A DNA stretch of 64,000 bases from Dehalococcoidia bacterium (GTDB taxonomy: Bacteria > Chloroflexota > Dehalococcoidia > Lucifugimonadales > UBA826). Location: assembly GCA_029936675.1 (NCBI GenBank), contig JAPYSB010000001.1, positions 50,669 to 114,668 of the forward strand, given 5' to 3'. The position numbers and the translations under genes were made by a program. Under the pieces are notes generated by a model that searched no databases, had not been told where the DNA came from, and saw only the letters and a list, made by a program, of their open reading frames with translations. Numbering within the stretch: position 1 is the first letter of the stretch; each line of letters opens with the position of its first letter. Positions 1 through 9,787 of the stretch are shown here, in pieces.

Positions 1-500
1 AAAACTGCCTCGCAAAACTCATCAGCTCTGTCATATCTTGTATCGTGTTCGAGGTGGGCTTCACGCCCCATATTACGTGCCTCATTATCGTTGACCGAAG
101 TTACAACATTCCATGCAGCACGACCTTTTGTCATTAAATCAAGAGTCTGAAACAGCCGAGCTACGTGGAAAGGTTCGTAATAGGTGGTGGAATAAGTTGC
201 TCCCAGGCCTAAATGCTTAGTAACAGCAGCCATGCTCATCAAACAGGTGACTGCGTCAAGCTTAGTACATCTAATACCATTTTTCACAGTTTCGGAATGG
301 TCTCCTGCATACATGTCGGGCATAGCCAACCGATCATCAAAAAAGCCTATATCAAATTTTCCTTGTTCAAGAACACGAGCTATGTGTTGGTAGTATTCAG
401 GGGAATAGGTATCGATTCTTGCGTCCGGATGACGCCACGAAGAGGGTAGTGTAGTGCAATTTTGAGCTTGCAAGAAAGCTACTAATTTCATTTGGCGCAT
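1..500 (-). CDS. Luciferase-like (LLM class) flavin-dependent monooxygenase, N-terminal part; the gene continues off the left edge
   Basis: Missing from the ORF track because it has no in-window stop. My translation of the reverse strand from ATG at 500-498 gives MRQMKLVAFLQAQNCTTLPSSWRHPDARIDTYSPEYYQHIARVLEQGKFDIGFFDDRLAMPD...YEPFHVARLFQTLDLMTKGRAAWNVVTSVNDNEARNMG. This matches the typical N-terminus of NtaA/SsuD-type LLM monooxygenases. Confidence 0.8.
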   Translation of the reverse strand, partial: MRQMKLVAFLQAQNCTTLPSSWRHPDARIDTYSPEYYQHIARVLEQGKFDIGFFDDRLAMPDMYAGDHSETVKNGIRCTKLDAVTCLMSMAAVTKHLGLGATYSTTYYEPFHVARLFQTLDLMTKGRAAWNVVTSVNDNEARNMGREAHLEHDTRYDRADEFCEAV

Positions 501-594
501 AACACTATTACTCCCATATCATTTTCACCCTTCCGGATCAATCCCAAACTCTCTGAATTATATCCAACCCTGAGGTATCAAGTTAGCACAGTAA

Positions 595-1290
595 TTATTG
601 GTAGCTTATCACCCCTATCTCTGGGTAACCCCGCATTCCTTGGGCCATAGGAAAATCTGCATCCGAATACCACAACTGCCCGTCTCTAATAGTCAGTCCA
701 TGGGGGTCCGGGCCATCAGTGGGAAGCTTAAGTTCTTCCATCTTTTCCCCTGTCTTCTTATGAAATTTGACTACCAATTTCTCTGCCCTATCAGAGCACC
801 AAATACCTTCACCATCCAAAGCTAACCCATGCAGGACATTGAGATCACAGGAAAATTTCCGAATAATCTCAAATGAAGTACCGTCAATCAGGATCAGAGA
901 CTTTGGATTGAAGGCTGTTATCCAAATATTGCCATCCTCCCATTCAAGTCCATGGATTCCACCACCATCTGGCGTATTAAACGAGTCCACAGTTTCACCA
1001 TTTACTAGGTTTATTTTTCTTACCTTTGATATGTGGTCATCGGTCGGCCTCGGCGGTCGTGCACTAGCTGTACCATTGCAGGCGGTCCAGATGAATCCTC
1101 CACCGACAGCAATTCCGGATCCGTTCTCTGTTTCAGTGTTAATAATTCGAATTACCTCTCCGTTATCACCTAGAACGTAGATATCATCGGTCAGCTGATC
1201 CATGACAAACAACTCATTTTCAAACCATTGCAATCCATTGGGCATCCGAACCGGCGTCTTAAATGGCACTTTAACATTAGCCTTCATCAT
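595..1290 (-). CDS. Small beta-propeller protein (glutaminyl-cyclase / SMP-30-like fold), function unknown
   Basis: 231-aa ORF with repeated blade-like segments (GIAVGGGFIW, IHGLEWEDGNIWI, LHGLALDGEGIWC, PHGLTIRDGQLWY). Co-directional and closely spaced with its neighbours. Confidence 0.6.
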   Translation of the reverse strand: MMKANVKVPFKTPVRMPNGLQWFENELFVMDQLTDDIYVLGDNGEVIRIINTETENGSGIAVGGGFIWTACNGTASARPPRPTDDHISKVRKINLVNGETVDSFNTPDGGGIHGLEWEDGNIWITAFNPKSLILIDGTSFEIIRKFSCDLNVLHGLALDGEGIWCSDRAEKLVVKFHKKTGEKMEELKLPTDGPDPHGLTIRDGQLWYSDADFPMAQGMRGYPEIGVISYQ

Positions 1291-1329
1291 CGACTTCCAT
1301 TCTTACACTTGTCTTGCAATCATTGAAAA

Positions 1330-3720
1330 TCACGATATCACTTCTTTTTGAAGAAGCTGGCCCATATCAATCTCAGACACTCCTAGCAGATTGGAAAAAA
1401 TTTCTTCGTTATGCTCTCCTAAATATGGCACGCCCCTCGTGATACGGCCAGGGGTATCAGAGAATTTGATCGCTATTCCAGGGTGTTCCACGGACCCCCA
1501 TTCTGAATGGTCTACGCTCACAATGAAGCCTCGTTCCTTAAGATGTGGATCGTTATATAGTTGCTCTCCGGTCTGAACTACCCCTGCAGGAATTAGGTGT
1601 TGTTGAAGCAGATTCATCAAATCATGTGATTTAAAATTATCCGTCCATTGGCTTATATACTTGTCCAACTCGTCATGATTTATAAGGCGATTTTCTCGTG
1701 ACTGGAATTTTGGGTCTTGAGCCCAAGCCGGATTCCCCATTGATTTAACCAGATTATTCCAATCGTCCTCATCAGGACAAGAAATTACGCACCATTCATC
1801 CTCCCCTTCACAGGGATAGCATCCGTTGGGGGCGCTCCAAGGATTCCTATTCCCGATCGGTTCCCACGATTTTCCATTTACAAAATAATCCAGAAGGGCC
1901 ACCCCCATTGAGCCTGCCATCGCCTCAACCTGGGCTATTTCCACATGCTGACCAAACCGATATTGGTTTCTGTATTCCAAAGCAGCGAGAATAGCTGTGG
2001 TAGTGGCGCCTGCCGACACAAAATCAGGAAAATGCACATTCGAATGGTTTTCAATAGGGGAGTCAGGAAAACCCCATAGGTTTGACAACCCTGCGTAAGA
2101 CATTAAGCTTTGCCCATATCCAACATGTTCAGCTTTGGGTCCTTCGGTACCATAACCAGGCATGCTAATCATAACAAGATCTGGTTTTACCTTTCTTAGA
2201 GTTTCATAACCGAGCCCTCTGCGATCCAGTACGCCAGAGGCAAAATTTTCGACCACCACGTCAGAAATCTGAACCAACTCTTTTATAAGTTCCACACCTT
2301 CAGGCCCAGCGAAGTCCAAAGTTATGCTTTTCTTGCTCCTGTTAATTTCTAGAAATTGCGGTGACGAGTTGGTGACTATTCGTCCAGTATCCAAATGTTT
2401 ATTGGTTTCAACCTTGATAATTTCTGCTCCAAGATCACCCAAATAACGAGTCGCAAAAGGTCCCGACCAAACCCGGCTCAAATCCAATATCCTGATCCCT
2501 TGCAAAGGGAGGGCAAGATCATCCGATAGGCGATCATTTTCTTCCTTGGAATTTCGGCCTTCGGTTCTGATCTTCTCAATCACACGTTCTTGATGCTCCC
2601 CTAAGCGGGGAGTTGGTCTCTCCAGAACACTTGGTGTTAAGCCAAATCTATATGGAGGGCCCGGGACTAAATGCGCCCCAATTTTGGGATCGATAACTTC
2701 ACGAAAATAATTCCTTTCCTTTAATTGTGAACTCTGAGCTAGGTCTGAAATTTCGTTTACCCTGCTTACAGCTAAACGGCGGGAATATGCTTGTTCCAAA
2801 AAATCTTGCACTGAAAACCCAGATATAAAATCTCGGACAAAAATGTCAACAACTTCGGGTTGAGATCGTCGAAAATTCATATCATTCCACATTGGGTCAG
2901 CTAAGCTCTCGTTGTCCATCCATCGCACCAGTTCTTGCCAATGTCTGTTTTCAAGAACGGCTAACGAAATATATCCGTCTGAGCATGCATAGTGTCCGTT
3001 CGGAGCAATTATGGGCGTGGACCCCATCCTCCGGGCGATGTCACCGTGATACGTGTACCTGGTTATATTGAATAAAAGCTGGGCCGCGATTTCGTACATA
3101 GATACGTCAATACATTGCCCTTTCCCAGTGAGGTTTCGATGGTTTATTGCTGCCAGTACCCCTGTTGCAGTGTGAAACGATGTCAATTGAGATATTTGTT
3201 CACAAGGTGCTACACAAGGAGGCTTCATTTCATCTCCCTGGCAATACATAACACCTCCCATCGCCTGAACAATCAACTCACCCCCAATAAAGCTACTATA
3301 AGGGCCAGTTTGGCCAAAGGGGCTGATCGATGCCATCACAATGCCAGGATTGTTTAAAGACAATCTCTCAAACCCAATCCCAATTTGGTTCATATAGCCA
3401 GGTCTAAAATTTTCAATGACAACGTCGACTCCCTCTGATAATTGAATAAATCTGTTGGCTCCCTCCATCGACTCAAGATCCAACATAACGCTATATTTGT
3501 TCGCGTTGTAATTAGCAAAATATAAACTGAAATCGGGCCGGTTAACCCCTGATGCAAATGGTCCTATTTTTCGACTTTTATCTCCATCAGGAGGCTCAAT
3601 TTTTGTGACATCAGCACCAAGATCTGCAAGAATCTTCCCACACAAATTCCCTTCTGGTCCCGTGAGGTCAAGTACAGAAATATGAGCAAGTGCGGAGGGT
3701 TTATGGAAAGTACCCATCAA
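1330..3720 (-). CDS. Tandem-fused class III (CaiB/BaiF) CoA-transferase, two complete domains in one 796-aa chain
   Basis: There are two copies of the family N-terminal signature, at aa 16-43 (VLDLTGPEGNLCGKILADLGADVTKIEP) and aa 409-438 (IRILDLSRVWSGPFATRYLGDLGAEIIKVE). Each is followed by ENF(R/A)xG and by a G(V/I)LAA(I/L)-type helix. Both halves end in a LGEH motif. Confidence 0.88.
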   Translation of the reverse strand: MMGTFHKPSALAHISVLDLTGPEGNLCGKILADLGADVTKIEPPDGDKSRKIGPFASGVNRPDFSLYFANYNANKYSVMLDLESMEGANRFIQLSEGVDVVIENFRPGYMNQIGIGFERLSLNNPGIVMASISPFGQTGPYSSFIGGELIVQAMGGVMYCQGDEMKPPCVAPCEQISQLTSFHTATGVLAAINHRNLTGKGQCIDVSMYEIAAQLLFNITRYTYHGDIARRMGSTPIIAPNGHYACSDGYISLAVLENRHWQELVRWMDNESLADPMWNDMNFRRSQPEVVDIFVRDFISGFSVQDFLEQAYSRRLAVSRVNEISDLAQSSQLKERNYFREVIDPKIGAHLVPGPPYRFGLTPSVLERPTPRLGEHQERVIEKIRTEGRNSKEENDRLSDDLALPLQGIRILDLSRVWSGPFATRYLGDLGAEIIKVETNKHLDTGRIVTNSSPQFLEINRSKKSITLDFAGPEGVELIKELVQISDVVVENFASGVLDRRGLGYETLRKVKPDLVMISMPGYGTEGPKAEHVGYGQSLMSYAGLSNLWGFPDSPIENHSNVHFPDFVSAGATTTAILAALEYRNQYRFGQHVEIAQVEAMAGSMGVALLDYFVNGKSWEPIGNRNPWSAPNGCYPCEGEDEWCVISCPDEDDWNNLVKSMGNPAWAQDPKFQSRENRLINHDELDKYISQWTDNFKSHDLMNLLQQHLIPAGVVQTGEQLYNDPHLKERGFIVSVDHSEWGSVEHPGIAIKFSDTPGRITRGVPYLGEHNEEIFSNLLGVSEIDMGQLLQKEVIS

Positions 3721-3773
3721 TAACTCCTCTTTCTAAATACTACTTACAGCAAAATCACCATCAGATGGCCGCC

Positions 3774-4529
3774 TTAACAATCTGCAATTACCCTATTAAC
3801 AAGGGAACCAATCCCCTCAATGCGGACCTCTACCACGTCACCTATGTTGATTTCCGAAGTCTCAGGGCAACCTGTCGGAATGATGTCCCCCGGTTGTAAA
3901 GTCATTACTTCTGAAACCCAGCTGATCAACTTGGGAATTGCAAATATCATTTCGGATGTATTCCCATCGGCCGACAACTCTCCATTTACAAAACATTCAA
4001 TCCTTAGATTTCTCGGATTATCAATTTCTGTCTCAATATGTGGCCCTATAGGACAGAAAGTATCAAAATGTTTCCACCTCATCGAAAGACCTTTACCTAG
4101 ATCACTTTCTATGGTTTCTTTTGCACTGACGTCGTTCACACATGTGTATCCCAGCACGTAGTCCATCGCGTCGGATTCACTAATATGGCGGGCGGTTTTA
4201 GATATCACTACCCCAACCTCCGCCTCATGTATGACACTTTTGCAGCTTCGTGGATATACTATGTTTCCTTGGTGAGGAGCATACGTTCCAGGTTGTTTCA
4301 TGAAAATACCTGGACCATCTCGATCATCCTTTTCACCGTAATTAGCAGCTATAGCAGGAACTTTGTTGGTTAAAGTAAGAGGAGCAAGGAGTATTGTCTC
4401 TGAGAGGGAGCAAATCCTATTGCCAACGTCTTTTATGTCGTAAGGGGTTCCTGAAATGGTGTGTATGGAATCTCCCAAAATAACCCCCCAGTTTTCCTCC
4501 GATTCAAACATGAATCTTGCAATTTTCAT
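3774..4529 (-). CDS. Fumarylacetoacetate hydrolase (FAH) family protein
   Basis: 251 aa. The N-terminus MKIARF...WGVI and the core HEAEVGVVI...GYTCVNDVSA...KHFDTFCPIGP are typical of FAH-family hydratases, decarboxylases and hydrolases. Confidence 0.85.
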   Translation of the reverse strand: MKIARFMFESEENWGVILGDSIHTISGTPYDIKDVGNRICSLSETILLAPLTLTNKVPAIAANYGEKDDRDGPGIFMKQPGTYAPHQGNIVYPRSCKSVIHEAEVGVVISKTARHISESDAMDYVLGYTCVNDVSAKETIESDLGKGLSMRWKHFDTFCPIGPHIETEIDNPRNLRIECFVNGELSADGNTSEMIFAIPKLISWVSEVMTLQPGDIIPTGCPETSEINIGDVVEVRIEGIGSLVNRVIADC

Positions 4530-4565
4530 AATCGCCCAAACCTTTGAATTTTCGACGATTATAGA

Positions 4566-6050
4566 CTAATTAACGAACGAGTTCTCTGATCTTTTTAAAC
4601 CAACCCAGGCAACTACTGATGAAACGAGTCCAATAAACACAATTACAGATCCAGCTATATATGAAACTTGGAATGCATACATAAAAGAAGCTGCCGAGGC
4701 AGGAGTTGAGCCTGCTTGTAGAATATCTACTCCTGGGGATTTCCATTCATAAATCGATGTAAAGGTCCATCCCAAAAGTGTGACAGCAGTCACGCTACCG
4801 AGGCCCCTGGACATTGATGACACAGCACCACCTGAACCCAAATCAGAAAACTTCATTTTCCCCATAATTAGGCTCAAATTAGAGCTCTGGAAAAGGCCTA
4901 TACCCATCCCTACAAAAACCATTCTGAAGGCTATCTGCCGAAAGCTAGAATCGGCAGTTAAAGCAGTATATGAACTAAGTGCCGCCAACACGATCAGCAA
5001 ACCCAACACAGTGATAAATCCAGGCCCAAACCTATCAGATAAATAACCCCCAACAGGAGAAAATATTGATACTGAAACAGCATTCAATAAAAGAAAGATT
5101 CCTAAAACGAAAGATGAAGCTCCGATTATTTCTCCAACAAAATAAGGGAGTATAAATAAGTTGACAAAGGAACCCATGTAAAGAAATAAATTAGCACCAA
5201 ATCCACCGGCAACGACCATATCTTTCATTATTCCCAACTTAACCAATGGGTTAGAAATGATCGATTGGCGCCTGATAAAAAAAGTTCCTGAAAAAATAAA
5301 TATGCCCAAACTCACAAATGTTTCTACACGAAGCCAGCCTATTGCCGTAGCAATGTTCATGGCTGCAATAAACCCGATCAAACACATAAAAGCAAAGACT
5401 CCGCCGATCCAATCAAACCTAGCGGTCCCATTACTGTTTTTATTCTGATTCCCGATTCCTCGAATGACCGTGACGGAACCTAAAATAGCTAGAAGGCAAA
5501 TAGGTATCCTGCCAAAAAATATCCAGCGCCATGACATATATTCCAAGGCGACGCCGGCATATAAAGTTCCTACTATCATTCCCAGGCTCCCGACACCGGT
5601 CATTAAACCCAAGGCGCGGCCACGAATACGCGAAGGGAACAGGGACGTAGCAAGTGCGGGGGCTATCGCCAAAAGGGCCGAATTACCAACTGCCTGAAGT
5701 ACCCTAAACCCCACAACTGATTGAATATTCGGAGAAAATCCTATTGCAAGCATTGCCAAGGAATAAGTCACCAATCCCAGAATGAAGATCTTTCGAAGTC
5801 CATAAACGTCTCCTGCTCTCCCCATAGTAAGTTGCAACCCTACCGTGGTACCTAGATAAAAAATTATCATCAAATACGTAGTGGTCGGAGATGCGTAAAA
5901 GTAATTAGATATTCTGGGTAAAGCAACGTTTACGCTAACGTCCAGGGAGCTCAAAAACACCCCAGATGCCACCACCAGCAGTTGCACCCACTGGACCCAA
6001 GTCAAAGAATCATCAGAGATTGAGTCTACATTTCGTTCATTTCCCAACAC
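4566..6050 (-). CDS. MFS transporter (14-TMS, DHA2-like)
   Basis: 494 aa, highly hydrophobic with about 14 predicted helices. It carries the MFS loop motif GRAGDVYGLRK. The GTG start overlaps the stop of the upstream enolase gene (TAGTG). Confidence 0.85.
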   Translation of the reverse strand: MLGNERNVDSISDDSLTWVQWVQLLVVASGVFLSSLDVSVNVALPRISNYFYASPTTTYLMIIFYLGTTVGLQLTMGRAGDVYGLRKIFILGLVTYSLAMLAIGFSPNIQSVVGFRVLQAVGNSALLAIAPALATSLFPSRIRGRALGLMTGVGSLGMIVGTLYAGVALEYMSWRWIFFGRIPICLLAILGSVTVIRGIGNQNKNSNGTARFDWIGGVFAFMCLIGFIAAMNIATAIGWLRVETFVSLGIFIFSGTFFIRRQSIISNPLVKLGIMKDMVVAGGFGANLFLYMGSFVNLFILPYFVGEIIGASSFVLGIFLLLNAVSVSIFSPVGGYLSDRFGPGFITVLGLLIVLAALSSYTALTADSSFRQIAFRMVFVGMGIGLFQSSNLSLIMGKMKFSDLGSGGAVSSMSRGLGSVTAVTLLGWTFTSIYEWKSPGVDILQAGSTPASAASFMYAFQVSYIAGSVIVFIGLVSSVVAWVGLKRSENSFVN

Positions 6051-7180
6051 TACTTTATGTATGCAGGGTCTATTTCAATACCCAGGCCGGGAGAACCTGG
6101 TAAGGAAATCCACCCATTCTCGACAATTGGCGGGTTTTTGAATATTGAGAATTTATGTGCGTAACTTCCAATTGGCGGATCATTTAGTAATTCGAGATAC
6201 GGTGCGTTAGGCAACGATGCCACTAGATGAAGATGGGCTATAACCCCAATATCTCCGCCTCCGTGATGTGGGACAATTTCTTTCCCATAAAGCTCTGATA
6301 ACACCCCTATTTTTCGTACCTCTGTAATCCCGTCTAAAACCATACTTTCTGGCTGCAATACATCGTAAATATTGTTTTCTAACATCGTTTTAAATTCATG
6401 TATGCCTCTGTTGTTCTCACCCCCGGCTATAGGTATGGCAACCGAATCATTTAGCCTTGCAAGATCATCAAAAGAATGTCTTTGCAATGGTTCTTCTAGC
6501 CAATAAACACCCAGTTCCTCCAGCAAGGTGGCGGTTTCAAAAGCCCGGCGGAAATCCCAAATTACACCGGGTTGCCATTTACCAAACGACTGCGCCTGGT
6601 TAGCGTCTACCATGATCTCCATCGAATCTTTGACAGCATCACGGACAAGCTCAACAGTACGAATATCTTCCTTGATAGTGTCATGATGCAATCTAAGTTT
6701 TATAGCCTTCCACCCTTCTTCGCTTAATGACCCAGCCAGCTCAGCACGTTCCTCAGGAGTTGATAGCAAAATCATGCTGGCATAAGGCATCATACGATCC
6801 TTTGAGCCCCCCCATAGCTTGTACAAAGGTTGTCCACTTGCCTTGCCAATAACATCCCAAATTGCCACATCAACTCCGGCAGCCCCTTTGTAGGGAAGTG
6901 TGTGAACATAATATTTGAGTCTTTGGGCAATTTGCTCGATTTCAAAAGGGTCTTCACCAACAACTACATTCTTCACAGACTCGATTATCGAGGGATCCAT
7001 TCCAGGCCCAATACCAACAATCCCCTCGTCTGTGTGTACTTCCGTAAAAGATCCACCACCCCTACTAAAACGCATCAGACCACCTTTGTTCCAGGCAGGT
7101 TCGATACTCCCTACAGATTCAAGCTCTTTGAGCTGAATCAATTTAACGTCAGTGATTTTCATACGGGTTTTGGATGTCAT
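6050..7180 (-). CDS. Enolase-superfamily enzyme (mandelate racemase / muconate lactonizing / acid-sugar dehydratase type)
   Basis: The barrel has metal-ligand-like segments MVDANQA, LEEP and AGGE, and the capping domain begins MKITDVKL. The ORF extends to 7258. I prefer the ATG at 7180 because a GGAG lies about 11 nt upstream. The ATG at 7162 is also possible. Confidence 0.85.
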   Translation of the reverse strand: MTSKTRMKITDVKLIQLKELESVGSIEPAWNKGGLMRFSRGGGSFTEVHTDEGIVGIGPGMDPSIIESVKNVVVGEDPFEIEQIAQRLKYYVHTLPYKGAAGVDVAIWDVIGKASGQPLYKLWGGSKDRMMPYASMILLSTPEERAELAGSLSEEGWKAIKLRLHHDTIKEDIRTVELVRDAVKDSMEIMVDANQAQSFGKWQPGVIWDFRRAFETATLLEELGVYWLEEPLQRHSFDDLARLNDSVAIPIAGGENNRGIHEFKTMLENNIYDVLQPESMVLDGITEVRKIGVLSELYGKEIVPHHGGGDIGVIAHLHLVASLPNAPYLELLNDPPIGSYAHKFSIFKNPPIVENGWISLPGSPGLGIEIDPAYIK

Positions 7181-7346
7181 ATAAATCAAATCTCCGATAA
7201 TACAAAACGGCCACAGAATTTCGTGATTATAGAATAGATTCATGCCTGTTGTAACCAACTCCTATATACTCAACAGATACTAGTTACGTATGGATACCAC
7301 CGATATAATGGCCAGCCGAAGAAAGTGTGGGAAAGGATAAATAGTT

Positions 7347-8444
7347 ATGATCGGGGAAAAAATTCGAGTAGGAATCATCGGAGCTAATGTTGGATACGGC
7401 TGGACACCTAGATCACATGCTCCGGCAATAGCTAATATGCCAGAGATAGAATTTTCTGCTGTATGTACCTCTCGAGAAGAAACTGCCAAGGAATCAGCGA
7501 ATACCTACGGAGTGCCGTTGGCATTTAGCAACCACAAGGAAATGTTAGATAAAGCTGATTTGGACGTAGTGGCTGTAGTAGTTAGAGTTCCAAAGCATTA
7601 CGACCTTGCAATGGATGTTTTAAAAGCAGGCAAGAATATATATACCGAATGGCCCCTAGGTGCAAATTTGAAAGAGGCAGAAAAAATCACCTCTCTAGCC
7701 AAAGAAAAAGGTCTTTTGACTATGGTGGGGCTGCAATCCCGCGCAGCACCAATTTTTCTATATCTCAGGGACCTAATTAATGAGGGCTATATCGGGGAGG
7801 TTCTATCAGCTAATATGCGGCAGTTTAGTTCTGGAGTATTATCCAGGCCGCCAGGTCGTACATGGCAAAAAGATGTGGAATTAGGAGCAACTACTCTGAC
7901 AATACCGTTTGGCCACTCGATCGATGCTCTTTGTATGTGCCTCGGCGAATTCGCCAGTGTTTCCGGAAATGTTTCAACCAAGGTTCCACAATGGCATGAA
8001 CAAGAAACTAACCGCATGGTTCAAGTGAGCTCCCCGGACACCATAATGATCACTGGGATTTTGAAAAGCGGCGCTGCTGTATCAGCTCATGTAAGTGCTA
8101 TCCCGTACCATGGCTCCGGTTACCGATTTGAAATTTATGGCACTGGAGGAACACTTGCCGTAACAAGTAATGATGCTCCCTCCACAGGTTCATCCAAACT
8201 TTGGGGTGGGCAACCAAATGGATCTGATTTAGTAGAACTTGAGGTACCGAAAAACTACACCAAAGTTCCGAGTTCTGTACCAAGTGGAGCCCCTTTTAAT
8301 ATTGCCCAGCTATGGGATCGTTTCGCGGAGGGTATTAAAACCAACACAGAAGTTGAACCCAGCTTTTCTACAGCACTAACTAGACACAAACTTTTAGATG
8401 CAATCCAGAAGTCTTCCGATACCGGAATCACCCAAAAACTATAA
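7347..8444 (+). CDS. Gfo/Idh/MocA family NAD(P)-dependent oxidoreductase
   Basis: The N-terminal Rossmann segment is IRVGIIGANVGYGW...H, followed by EWPL (the family EKP-like motif). 365 aa. A GGAAAGGA ribosome-binding site lies upstream. Confidence 0.85.
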   Translation: MIGEKIRVGIIGANVGYGWTPRSHAPAIANMPEIEFSAVCTSREETAKESANTYGVPLAFSNHKEMLDKADLDVVAVVVRVPKHYDLAMDVLKAGKNIYTEWPLGANLKEAEKITSLAKEKGLLTMVGLQSRAAPIFLYLRDLINEGYIGEVLSANMRQFSSGVLSRPPGRTWQKDVELGATTLTIPFGHSIDALCMCLGEFASVSGNVSTKVPQWHEQETNRMVQVSSPDTIMITGILKSGAAVSAHVSAIPYHGSGYRFEIYGTGGTLAVTSNDAPSTGSSKLWGGQPNGSDLVELEVPKNYTKVPSSVPSGAPFNIAQLWDRFAEGIKTNTEVEPSFSTALTRHKLLDAIQKSSDTGITQKL

Positions 8445-8458
8445 GGGAGCTAACCAAA

Positions 8459-9787
8459 ATGGCAACACTTATTGAACAAAAATATATAGCAGCCCATCCG
8501 GGATCTGCCCAAAGGCATGAAAAAGCAAAACACATGTTTCCCAATGGTGTCACACACGACGCCCGCAGGCAGAATCCATTCCAGCTTTACTACACTCATG
8601 CTATGGGTCCCCACAAGTACGACGTTGACGGAAATGAGGTGATAGATTTTTGGAGCGGCCATGGTTCTCTGATACTGGGACATTCACACCCCGAAATTGT
8701 GACAGCGGTTCAGCAGCAAATGGCAAAAGGAACTCATTTGAGTGGTTCCACTGATCTTGAAATACGTTGGGGGGAACTTGTTCGAGAGATGATACCAAGC
8801 GCCGAAAAGGTCCGATTTCACAGCTCTGGAACCGAAGCTGACATGATGGCAATAAGGATGGCGAGAGCCTACACAGAAAAATCCAAAATAATAAAATTTG
8901 AGGATCATTTTCATGGCTGGAGTGATTATTTATCTGCCGACGCTGACGGTATAGGAGGTATCCCGAAAGAAGCTCTCGAAACGGTGATAGTACTGCCTCC
9001 AAATGACATTTCCCTTATAGAACAAACTCTGCAGGATAACGATGACATCGCTGCCATTATCCTAGAGCCAACCGGAGCTCATATGGGACTGGAACCCATA
9101 TTACCAGCATTTCTAGAGGAACTAAGGGAGGTAACTACTAAATTTGGTGTCGTCCTAATTTTTGATGAAGTGGTTACAGGTTTCAGAATATCTGACGGTG
9201 GAGCTCAAAGCTATTACGGAGTAACTCCGGATTTGACCACATTGGCAAAAATACTAGGTGGGGGGCTTCCTGGTGGAGCTGTGTGCGGAAAGGCAGAAAT
9301 AATTAATATGATAGAACCAAGAGATGACGCCGATTTTAACAAAAACAGAAGAATCGCCCATAACGGAACCTTCAACGCCAATCCACTCTCTGCATCCTCA
9401 GGCATTAAAGCTTTGGAAATACTAAAAAGAGACCCAATCAACGAAAAAGCAATTAGAATGGGAAATCTCCTTAAGAGAAGTCTTAACGAAGTTTTGTCTA
9501 AGCAAGAAATTCCCGGGTGTGTTAGTGGCGTAAACTCATTGATCCACATTAGATTGGGGACCGATCATGACTGCGATCATGAGATATGCATGTTATCTAA
9601 AGAAGATATGGGAAAGACAACAAACTCTATCCGGAATGCGCAACTAAATCTCGCACTTTTAAATAATGGAGTCCATTCGGGAACTAGATTCATAATGAGT
9701 GCATTTCATACTGAAAGGGACATAGCCAAAACTGCAGAGGCCTTTGGAAACGCTTTAACTGACGTAAGAGCCGAAGGCTTAATTTAG
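8459..9787 (+). CDS. Class III PLP aminotransferase, glutamate-1-semialdehyde aminomutase-like paralog (not canonical HemL)
   Basis: Motifs SGTEADMMAIRMAR, FDEVVTGFR and the PLP-lysine motif DLTTLAKILGGGLP are present. The N-terminus reads PNGVTHDARR rather than the HemL PGGVNSPVRAF. Confidence 0.85.
   Translation: MATLIEQKYIAAHPGSAQRHEKAKHMFPNGVTHDARRQNPFQLYYTHAMGPHKYDVDGNEVIDFWSGHGSLILGHSHPEIVTAVQQQMAKGTHLSGSTDLEIRWGELVREMIPSAEKVRFHSSGTEADMMAIRMARAYTEKSKIIKFEDHFHGWSDYLSADADGIGGIPKEALETVIVLPPNDISLIEQTLQDNDDIAAIILEPTGAHMGLEPILPAFLEELREVTTKFGVVLIFDEVVTGFRISDGGAQSYYGVTPDLTTLAKILGGGLPGGAVCGKAEIINMIEPRDDADFNKNRRIAHNGTFNANPLSASSGIKALEILKRDPINEKAIRMGNLLKRSLNEVLSKQEIPGCVSGVNSLIHIRLGTDHDCDHEICMLSKEDMGKTTNSIRNAQLNLALLNNGVHSGTRFIMSAFHTERDIAKTAEAFGNALTDVRAEGLI

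Noticed and set aside
7259-7346. TATAAT hexamer at 7304-7309 as a promoter for the Gfo/Idh/MocA gene
   Set aside because: There is no convincing -35 element at the proper spacing, and the promoter consensus of this lineage is unknown to me. The evidence is too weak to list as a feature.
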